Below, piece after piece: positions 1 to 7,191 of a stretch of 28,605 bases of DNA. Where the stretch lies: NCBI GenBank assembly GCA_051747805.1, contig JBNJGP010000032.1, positions 1 to 28,605 on the forward strand, written 5' to 3'. The stretch comes from Candidatus Muiribacteriota bacterium (lineage in GTDB: Bacteria > Muiribacteriota > Muiribacteriia > Muiribacteriales > Muiribacteriaceae). The notes beneath the pieces were generated by a model, which was not told the DNA's origin, did not search any database, and saw only the letters and a list, made by a program, of their open reading frames with translations. The position numbers were made by a program, and so were the translations under genes. Each line of letters starts with the position of its first letter. Position 1 is the first letter of the stretch.

Positions 1-115
1 GTTATCGTTAGATAACTTTACTATCACCTTTAGGTGATTTTACTAAGCTGAAAGCTTTTTACTTTTCTTTAGGCCTGACCACAAAAGTCTTTTAAAAAAA
101 ATTGCTAAACTCAAA
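1..115. repeat. Direct repeat copy 1 (hairpin array plus TAGGCCTGACCAC motif); cut by the window start
   Basis: 112/115 identical to 3297-3411 by manual alignment (differences at positions 60, 88 and 101). Confidence 0.97.
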
Positions 116-129
116 TAAATAAATATAAT
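102..129 (+). promoter_or_regulatory. Putative sigma70 promoter for radC
   Basis: TTGCTA (102-107), 16 nt spacer, TATAAT (124-129); the -35 lies inside the repeat. Confidence 0.45.
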
Positions 130-196
130 TGTTATTAAAAAATCGGTACAATTATTGCATTCCCAAAATTAACAAAAATTAATTCAGGGGGGTGTT

Positions 197-856
197 ATGT
201 ACTGCAAAAAAATTGTTAACAAAAAGCTTTTACCGCGTGAAAAACTTTTCCATTCAGGGGTTAAAACCCTTAATGACGAAGAGCTTATGGCAATTATTAT
301 TGGTTCTGGTATTAAAGGCTTGAACGTATTTGAGCTTTCTAAAAGAATTGTCTCAAAATTAGACACTTATAAAAACGAGCTACGATTTAACGATATTAAA
401 AAAGTTCCCGGGCTCGGAAAAGCAAAGGCTGCATTAATACTAGCGGCAAACGAATTTTTCAGAAGGCGTATAAAACCAGAAGGCATTAAAATAACGTGTC
501 CAGAAAATGTATTACCTTTAATCTCATATTTAAACACTAAACAGAAAGAACATTTTATTTTAATAACTTTAAACGGTGCTTCTGAGGTTATAAACACTCA
601 TATAATTACAATAGGTCTTATAAACAGAACACAGATTCATCCTAGAGAAGTTTTTTTTGAGGCAATAAAAGACCGGGCAGTTTCTATTATAATCGCCCAT
701 AATCATCCTTCAGGTTCTTTAAAACCATCAAAAGAAGATATAAAAATAACAAACGTATTAAATGAAACAGGTGAAATTGTCGGAATTAACCTTTTAGACC
801 ATATAATTTTTTCAAAAACAGGGTATTTTTCCCTGATGGAAAACAGCCTTATGTGA
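197..856 (+). CDS. radC: RadC/UPF0758 JAB-domain protein, full length
   Basis: N-terminal PREKL...G..L...EL.AII motif, HhH-like VPGLGKAKA, HPREVF and the HNHPSG...S.ED JAB motif, LLDHII. Confidence 0.95.
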   Translation: MYCKKIVNKKLLPREKLFHSGVKTLNDEELMAIIIGSGIKGLNVFELSKRIVSKLDTYKNELRFNDIKKVPGLGKAKAALILAANEFFRRRIKPEGIKITCPENVLPLISYLNTKQKEHFILITLNGASEVINTHIITIGLINRTQIHPREVFFEAIKDRAVSIIIAHNHPSGSLKPSKEDIKITNVLNETGEIVGINLLDHIIFSKTGYFSLMENSLM

Positions 857-858
857 TT

Positions 859-2400
859 TTAAAGCGCTGCCTGTACAACTTTATTTAAAGCTTTGTCCCA
901 TACAAACTTAACATTAAAATCCTTTTTATTGTTAAAAAGTCTTGCCCTGCCTAAAAATATACTGACACCTGAATGAAATTCACGATAAATTCTTATATAA
1001 GGAAAACCGTCCGTATTATAAATCTCAGAGTCTATCTCCATGGATTTATTTTTTATTTTCTCAATTGTTTGGAGTATTTTTTTATTTTTTCCTGAGAGCA
1101 CATGAATAATTTTTTTTATTTCATCTGTCATTTTTGATAAATCAGATTGATTTTCAGTGATTTTTTTAACATAATTCCTTATTTTAACAGACATATTTCT
1201 TAATTCTTCAATGTTTTCTTCATTTTTTTCAATTTCTTTAAATAAGTAAAAATTGATCCCAGCCCCGATTGTAGTTTTTGTGCCCATAGATGAACCAACC
1301 TCTTCACATTCAACACCATCAAAACCAAAAACCTTAGAACCGACAATTTGCCCCCTTTCACCTTTTACATCAACCTTTCCGAGTGCACAGATCTCGCTTC
1401 TCACAACCGCTTTACTAACAGAAATATTTCCTTCTGCAAAAATCTTGGAATTTTCAATAAATTTACACGTAATATTTTTTTTTGCAGAAATAATATGTTC
1501 TTCTTTTGAAACTATTCCCTTGCCAACAAAAATATTACCGCCACATTCAATATTAGAGCCGTAAACACTTCCATCAACAATAATATCACCAGTTACTTTA
1601 ATTTCAAAGCCATCAAGAATATTTTTCTTTACAATAATCGAGCCTTTATAATCAATATTTCCAACATTTAAATCATAATCATTGTCAATTATAAGTTCTG
1701 GAAGCACAGAAACTTCACCAGAATCAGTTATTTTAACCCTGCCACAGGTCCTGGAATAAAAAAGATTATCTTCTTCATCAAAAAAAACATTTAATCCAGG
1801 TAGCAGGATTTCTTCATCTACGTTATCTGGAAAAACTTCATTCCCTTCTATATTCACGCCATTTTCACCATCTTTTCCGGGAATAAGCTGAATTATCTTC
1901 TCACCATCCTCAACACTTAAAATTTTATTCATTTCTTTATAATTAATTTTTCCATTTTTATCCATAAAATCACTTGGTTTTTTATTTTCAAATAATTTAA
2001 CATATTTACGTGCAACCTTTGGTTTAACAGGTATCCCCTCTGCAATAATTTTACTTTCAATTTTTTTACCATTTTCTGCTTCTTTTAAAAGATTTTCAAT
2101 TTTTTTAAAATCAACTCCATAAACAATATTTTTATTTTTTAAAAAACGCTCAACCTCGTTAAACTCGACAGGTTTTCCTTTTCCTACTGGCGGAATAACA
2201 GTTAAATAAGCCTTCATTTTATCATCTTCAACTTCAATATCAAAATCACCATTTTCAGAATTTATATACTCCTCAATATCTTTAAGTTCCATATTTTCAG
2301 AATTTTCATCTTCATCATTAATATCATATTTTCTGGTTTCTGTTAGTATATCAATTCCTTCATTTAAAATATTTTTAATTTTTTTTCTATCTTCACTCAT
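859..2400 (-). CDS. FapA / DUF342 family protein
   Basis: DKMKAYLT...PP..G start of the domain, IVYGVD, IAEG.P, VGNIDYKGSIIV and beta-helix-like repeats followed by a coiled coil; GGAGG SD. Confidence 0.85.
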   Translation of the reverse strand: MSEDRKKIKNILNEGIDILTETRKYDINDEDENSENMELKDIEEYINSENGDFDIEVEDDKMKAYLTVIPPVGKGKPVEFNEVERFLKNKNIVYGVDFKKIENLLKEAENGKKIESKIIAEGIPVKPKVARKYVKLFENKKPSDFMDKNGKINYKEMNKILSVEDGEKIIQLIPGKDGENGVNIEGNEVFPDNVDEEILLPGLNVFFDEEDNLFYSRTCGRVKITDSGEVSVLPELIIDNDYDLNVGNIDYKGSIIVKKNILDGFEIKVTGDIIVDGSVYGSNIECGGNIFVGKGIVSKEEHIISAKKNITCKFIENSKIFAEGNISVSKAVVRSEICALGKVDVKGERGQIVGSKVFGFDGVECEEVGSSMGTKTTIGAGINFYLFKEIEKNEENIEELRNMSVKIRNYVKKITENQSDLSKMTDEIKKIIHVLSGKNKKILQTIEKIKNKSMEIDSEIYNTDGFPYIRIYREFHSGVSIFLGRARLFNNKKDFNVKFVWDKALNKVVQAAL

Positions 2401-2428
2401 AAATTAAAATTCCCTCCAAAAAACACTT

Positions 2429-3181
2429 TTAAAAATCAAGCTCTGAAACTTCAATATTAATACCAATAATTGTCTTTTTCCCAAGCTCTTTATCCTCAAA
2501 GTATTTTCCAAAACAATAAAAAGTTTTATATTCACCCCTTTTTGATTTCAGACGCATTTTAAATTTTATTTTAGTTTTTTCCCCTTTAATAATAGAATAC
2601 ACCTCATCAATAATAAACTTCATATCATCGGGATGAACAACCTGAAACCATGTTATATTTTCTGGAGGAAGTTCATATGGCTCATACCCAAGACTTTCAT
2701 ACCATCGAGGGCTGAAGTCAACAAATTCACTGTTATTTATATCCCATTCCCAGAACGCACCCCTCAACGAATCAATAATTATATTGTTTCTTTTTTGAGC
2801 TTTTTCCATAAAAATTTCAAAATGTTTTTTCCCTGTAATATCATCCATTAAAAGCAAAACATCATCCACGTTATTATTTTTATTTAAAATAGGAATAGCC
2901 CGAATTAAAAAAAAATATCCTCTTTTAGTACCTCTTTCAATAACAACTTCTTTTTTTGTTTTTATAGCTTTTTCAATTGGACAAATCGTGCTATCTAAAA
3001 AATTTCCCCACACAACTTTATGGCATTTATAACTTTTATTTTCAGAATTAACTTTAATATTAAAAAATTTTTCACCTCTTTCGTTTAAATATTTTATTAC
3101 AAAATCATTCCCGGCTACTAATACAATATCTGCAAGTTTTTTTAATATTGAACCCAGCCTGATATTTTTAATTTTATCCAT
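2429..3181 (-). CDS. Stand-alone tandem PAS-domain protein (PAS + PAS_3) with no output domain
   Basis: First PAS with CHKV...CPI; second with GAFWEWD...SPRWYESLGY...VHPDD; ATG at 3181 preferred (AAGGTG upstream) over GTG at 3187. Confidence 0.8.
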   Translation of the reverse strand: MDKIKNIRLGSILKKLADIVLVAGNDFVIKYLNERGEKFFNIKVNSENKSYKCHKVVWGNFLDSTICPIEKAIKTKKEVVIERGTKRGYFFLIRAIPILNKNNNVDDVLLLMDDITGKKHFEIFMEKAQKRNNIIIDSLRGAFWEWDINNSEFVDFSPRWYESLGYEPYELPPENITWFQVVHPDDMKFIIDEVYSIIKGEKTKIKFKMRLKSKRGEYKTFYCFGKYFEDKELGKKTIIGINIEVSELDF

Positions 3182-3227
3182 AAACACACCTTTTTTTAAA
3201 ATTTTAACCTGTTAACACTTAAACAAC

Positions 3228-3359
3228 AGTTAAGTTAGCTAAAGCTGACAGCAAAAGATTAAAACAAAAATACTGTAAATTTTAATTTACTTTACTGTTA
3301 TCGTTAGATAACTTTACTATCACCTTTAGGTGATTTTACTAAGCTGAAAGCTTTTGACT
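3228..3359. repeat. Array of 22-nt linker+hairpin units; candidate structured RNA or ssDNA element
   Basis: AATACT-GTAAATtttaATTTAC-TTTACT-GTTATCgttaGATAAC-TTTACT-ATCACCtttaGGTGAT-TTTACT-AAGCTgaaAGCTT-TTGACT (3269-3359), plus an opposite-orientation unit AGTTAA-GTTAGCtaaaGCTGAC-AGCAAA (3228-3255). Confidence 0.85.
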
Positions 3360-3411
3360 TTTCTTTAGGCCTGACCACAAAAGCCTTTTAAAAAAATTTG
3401 CTAAACTCAAA
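3297..3411. repeat. Direct repeat copy 2
   Basis: 112/115 identical to 1-115. Confidence 0.97.
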
Positions 3412-3621
3412 CAATAATTTATTCGTTAATTATATTATATTACATTAAAAATTTAATTACAATAACCCAAAAGGGTAATGAGAAGTGAGAGGCCGAGAAG
3501 AGCCGTGAAAAGTGAGAAGTAAGAAGTAAGAAGTGAAAAAGCAATGAGAGCAAAAAGGTGCAGATAAAAGCTGAAGATTAAAATTTATTACGAAATAAAA
3601 TAAAGCGAGTGGTCAGGCCTA
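3366..3621. repeat. 13-bp perfect inverted repeat TAGGCCTGACCAC ... GTGGTCAGGCCTA bounding a 256-bp non-coding segment
   Basis: 3366-3378 is the exact reverse complement of 3609-3621. Confidence 0.85.
3478..3539 (+). repeat. Purine-rich heptamer tandem repeat (GTRARAA)
   Basis: GTGAAAA GTGAGAA GTAAGAA GTAAGAA GTGAAAA contiguous at 3505-3539, with ATGAGAA GTGAGAG at 3478-3491. Confidence 0.8.
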
Positions 3622-3647
3622 CACACTTTGCTTTAAGGAAAAATATT

Positions 3648-4853
3648 TTATTTTATCAACGCTTTAGAGGCCCTTTCGAAAATATTTTTAATATAGGCAA
3701 TTATAAGACCATAATTCACAATAGGAACATTATTTTTTTCAGAATATTCCAACCTGTACATCATTTCCCTTTTATTAATCATACAGGCACCACAGTGAAT
3801 AACAAGAGCATAATCCTTAAGATTTTGAGGAAAATCACCCCCAGTCACATGTGAAAATTGGAGTTTTTTTCCAGTTTTTTCCCTGAGCCATCGAGGAATT
3901 TTATATCTTCCAATATCATCAGATTGAACATGATGAGTACATGCTTCGGCCACAAGAATTTTATCATCATCTTTTAACATATTTATTTTTTCTATCCCTT
4001 TTTTAAAAATATCTAAATCCCCCTTGTAACGAGCAAAAAGAATAGAAAAAGAAGTAAGTCTGACATTTTCAGGAGTAATTTCTGATACTTTTTCAAAAGC
4101 CTGAGAATCAGTTATTACAAGAGATGGTTTTTTAATTTTTTTTAAAGTCTGTTCTAACTCAGTATCTTTTACCACAACAGCAGAGGCATTATTATCAAGA
4201 ATATCCCTTAATACCTGAACCTGAGGCAGAATAAGCCTTCCTTTAGGAGCCGCATTATCAATTGGCACAACCAGCACAACCATATCCCCAGGATCAATTA
4301 AATCCCCTACCAGAGTTTTAGAAATCCAGTCATGGCTTTTATTGCTGGCAATAGCCTTTTTTAACTCCTCTATTCCCTCTCTTTTCTGAGCACTTACTTT
4401 AACAATTTCAAAGTTAAACTCTTTAAAATTTTCTTTAATAATATTTTTATCAACATCTTTAATATCAATTTTATTTAGTACTAGAATAACAGGAATTTGT
4501 CTTTCATTTATTTCCTCAAGCAGTTTTTTTTCAAAATCACAACTTCTATTTAATACTTCATCAGGCCCAACAACCAACAACGCAAGGTCGGTTTTGCGGA
4601 GTATTTTTTTTGTTCGTTTAATTCTTTTTTCGCCTAAATCACCAATATCATCAAGACCCGCAGTATCAATTAAGGAAACCGGCCCAACAGGCAATATTTC
4701 CATAGCCTTAAAAACAGGGTCAGTCGTCGTACCGGCAACATCAGAAACAAGAGCAATTTCCTGATTAGTTACAGCATTTATCAAACTGGATTTTCCAACA
4801 TTTCTTCTGCCAAATATTGCTATATGTAATCTATTTCCTTTGCTTGCTTTCAT
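3648..4853 (-). CDS. hydF: [FeFe]-hydrogenase H-cluster maturation GTPase HydF
   Basis: GRRNVGKSS P-loop, GTTTDPV, DTAG, NKID, APKGRLILPQVQ, and the FeS ligand motif EACTHH...HCGAC; ATG at 4853 preferred. Confidence 0.96.
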   Translation of the reverse strand: MKASKGNRLHIAIFGRRNVGKSSLINAVTNQEIALVSDVAGTTTDPVFKAMEILPVGPVSLIDTAGLDDIGDLGEKRIKRTKKILRKTDLALLVVGPDEVLNRSCDFEKKLLEEINERQIPVILVLNKIDIKDVDKNIIKENFKEFNFEIVKVSAQKREGIEELKKAIASNKSHDWISKTLVGDLIDPGDMVVLVVPIDNAAPKGRLILPQVQVLRDILDNNASAVVVKDTELEQTLKKIKKPSLVITDSQAFEKVSEITPENVRLTSFSILFARYKGDLDIFKKGIEKINMLKDDDKILVAEACTHHVQSDDIGRYKIPRWLREKTGKKLQFSHVTGGDFPQNLKDYALVIHCGACMINKREMMYRLEYSEKNNVPIVNYGLIIAYIKNIFERASKALIK

Positions 4854-4864
4854 AAAAAACACCT

Positions 4865-6754
4865 TTAAATTTTAAAATAAAAAATACAACCTATATTTTC
4901 TTTTGCCTCAACCCATATTTTCCCATTATGCCTGTCAATAATTCGTTTTACGGTGGCCAGTCCAATACCAGTCCCTTTAAACTTTTTAGAATTTTTAAGC
5001 CTGGTAAAAACCTCGAAAATCTTATCACAGTTTTTCATATCAAAACCAACCCCATTATCTTTAACATAAAAAACTTTTTCATTTTCTCCAGAAACATTTT
5101 TCCATAAAGATTCTCCAAACTCTATTTCAGCCTCCTCCTCTTCACCAGTATATTTATAAGCATTCTGAAGAAGATTTTCCATAACAGTTTTCATAAGAGA
5201 TTTATCAGCCTTCACAAATAGATTTTTTTGAACTTTTATTTTTATATTTCTATCTGGCTCATGTCTTTTTAAATTATCAAGAATTTCAAAAACAACTTCT
5301 GATAGATTAAACTCTTCAAACTCAATCTGCTGTTGATTTAACTGCGCAAGTTTCATTAAATCTCTTGTAAGCTCGTTCATCCTTTCAGCAGCTTTAACAA
5401 TATTATTTAAAAACTTTACACCTTTTTCATCTTCTCTCTTTTTCATTTCTTCAAGAAGCATATTACCATATCCTATAATTAAACCGAGAGGGGAGCGAAG
5501 ATCATGAGAAACTGCGTACACAAAAGATTCAAGTTCATTATTAATAATTTCAAGCTGCAGCGTCCTTTCCTTTATTCTGTCCTCAAGGGTAACGTTAAAT
5601 TTTTTAATTTCCTTCTCGGCTTTTTTTCGCTTTTTAATATTAATAAACAAATATACAATAATCACTGTCTGCAAAAATAAAAATAATAATGTTGCTATTA
5701 TTCTTTTTCTATATAAATAAAAGAAATTATCAGGCTCACCTAAAATATCCGAATCTGAAGGTACTGTTCCGACAGAAAGGTTTAATTCCTGTAAAACATC
5801 ATAATTAAAAACTTTAGAATAAGGCAGATCATAAACTACTGGAATATCATCAGGGGATTTTCCGCCAATTATCTCTATTGCAATTTCAGCAACTTTGCTC
5901 CCGTGTATTTCACCACACGCAACCTTCCCGCCAACAAGACCCTGCTCAATATAATAGTCAAGAAGCCCAAAAACAGGCGCCCTTTTAACCTGACTCAACA
6001 TATTAATAATCTCTTCAGACTGATAGTAAATCCCCTCTGGATTAAAATAATATGAAACATAAAGACCAGCGCTATTTTTATCAGCCTCAGAAATATAATC
6101 AACAATTTCCTTTAATGATTTATCCCTCAGATTATTAAATTCAACTTCGGTAAATAGATTTTCTTTTATTTCATCAATTCTTTCTAGAACCTGTTTTGAA
6201 AAGGGGGAATTATCTGATATTATAAAAATTTCTTCAATATTTGAATTTAATTCAAACATTAACTCAATTGTTCCAATAACATCAACATTTTTTGAAACAC
6301 CTGTTGCATTTTTTAACCCATTTAACATTTCGGGTTGAAACTCCTGAATACCACAGAATATAAAAGGAATATCCCCGAAAACGTCGTTTCTAACATCTTT
6401 TATAAAATTAAATGCTTCCTGATCAACTGAAATAATTAAATCAATATCCCTACCCTTATATTTTTCTTCTATATATTGATTATAAGCAAGTTCTAAAACA
6501 ACATTATTCATACGGAGAGTATCCATATACTCTATATAAAATTCAACGGGAATATCCCTTTCTTGAAAATGATTTAATATACCTTCATTAACTTTATCAG
6601 ACCAAATATAACCACGATGATAGGAATGTATTAAAAGTATATTCTGTTTCTCGTCAACTATTGAAAAAACCTGCACAGATGATAAAAAAATAATTATAAT
6701 AAAAACAGCTTTAGTAAAACCGAAACTGAATAAATTAATTTTTTTAGAATGCAT
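4865..6754 (-). CDS. Membrane sensor histidine kinase with an extracytoplasmic ABC-substrate-binding-like domain
   Basis: N-terminal hydrophobic segment, ILLIHSYH..Y.WSD periplasmic start, TM helix, H-box VSHDLRSPL, N-box NLLQNAYKY, DNGVGF, GTGIGLA; start at 6754 (ATG) or 6781 (TTG). Confidence 0.92.
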   Translation of the reverse strand: MHSKKINLFSFGFTKAVFIIIIFLSSVQVFSIVDEKQNILLIHSYHRGYIWSDKVNEGILNHFQERDIPVEFYIEYMDTLRMNNVVLELAYNQYIEEKYKGRDIDLIISVDQEAFNFIKDVRNDVFGDIPFIFCGIQEFQPEMLNGLKNATGVSKNVDVIGTIELMFELNSNIEEIFIISDNSPFSKQVLERIDEIKENLFTEVEFNNLRDKSLKEIVDYISEADKNSAGLYVSYYFNPEGIYYQSEEIINMLSQVKRAPVFGLLDYYIEQGLVGGKVACGEIHGSKVAEIAIEIIGGKSPDDIPVVYDLPYSKVFNYDVLQELNLSVGTVPSDSDILGEPDNFFYLYRKRIIATLLFLFLQTVIIVYLFINIKKRKKAEKEIKKFNVTLEDRIKERTLQLEIINNELESFVYAVSHDLRSPLGLIIGYGNMLLEEMKKREDEKGVKFLNNIVKAAERMNELTRDLMKLAQLNQQQIEFEEFNLSEVVFEILDNLKRHEPDRNIKIKVQKNLFVKADKSLMKTVMENLLQNAYKYTGEEEEAEIEFGESLWKNVSGENEKVFYVKDNGVGFDMKNCDKIFEVFTRLKNSKKFKGTGIGLATVKRIIDRHNGKIWVEAKENIGCIFYFKI

Positions 6755-6824
6755 ATTTTTATTATACAAGAATAGATACAATAATAAAACAGGTTATAGG
6801 TAAAACATTTTTTTTGTGATTCTT

Positions 6825-7040
6825 TTACAAAATAGCATCTATTCGCTTATTAATATAATAAACATTAGATTCTTTTTTTTCTGGAAATTTATCTTCACCT
6901 TCCTTACTTTCAGAAAAAATCTTTGAAAAGTCCTCGCTGGTGCCCAGAATTTTGTCACAATCTTCACACCAGTAAATTTTGTGGTCTTTTCCGGGAGTTT
7001 TTAAAACAAGAATGTTTAAATGATTATTATCAACACACAT
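6825..7040 (-). CDS. Small hypothetical protein, possibly zinc-binding (C-x4-H...CxxC)
   Basis: 71-aa ORF filling the intergenic gap, GAGGGG SD-like sequence upstream, WCEDC motif. Confidence 0.65.
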   Translation of the reverse strand: MCVDNNHLNILVLKTPGKDHKIYWCEDCDKILGTSEDFSKIFSESKEGEDKFPEKKESNVYYINKRIDAIL

Positions 7041-7099
7041 GGGCGCCCCCTCAATAATTTTTTTACGCGCCGTTATTTGTTGAGATTATTATTATATCC

Positions 7100-7121
7100 A
7101 GCCGGGGAAAATTCCCCGGCT
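7100..7121. terminator. GC-rich hairpin downstream of the TonB receptor gene; probable terminator or stability hairpin
   Basis: AGCCGGGGAA-AA-TTCCCCGGCT perfect inverted repeat; the U-tract is weak. Confidence 0.6.
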
Positions 7122-7191
7122 TCCATATTTTAAATAATATTTTATCTTTTGCTTCCTATATATAACTTATCGACATAATTTTTAATAAAAT

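Noticed and set aside
197..856. radC as a marker of an integrative element or prophage
   Set aside because: It is the full-length type with the N-terminal HhH region, and no integrase, relaxase or phage gene is nearby
1060..1230. Long A/T homopolymers as phase-variation tracts (here and throughout)
   Set aside because: They are ubiquitous in this AT-rich, Lys-rich genome and the reading frames are intact
3269..3359. Hairpin array as a CRISPR array
   Set aside because: The constant part is only 6 nt, the variable parts are 13-16 nt palindromes, and there are no cas genes in the window
3609..3854. 81-aa plus-strand ORF
   Set aside because: It starts inside a repeat motif and is antisense to the conserved hydF C-terminus
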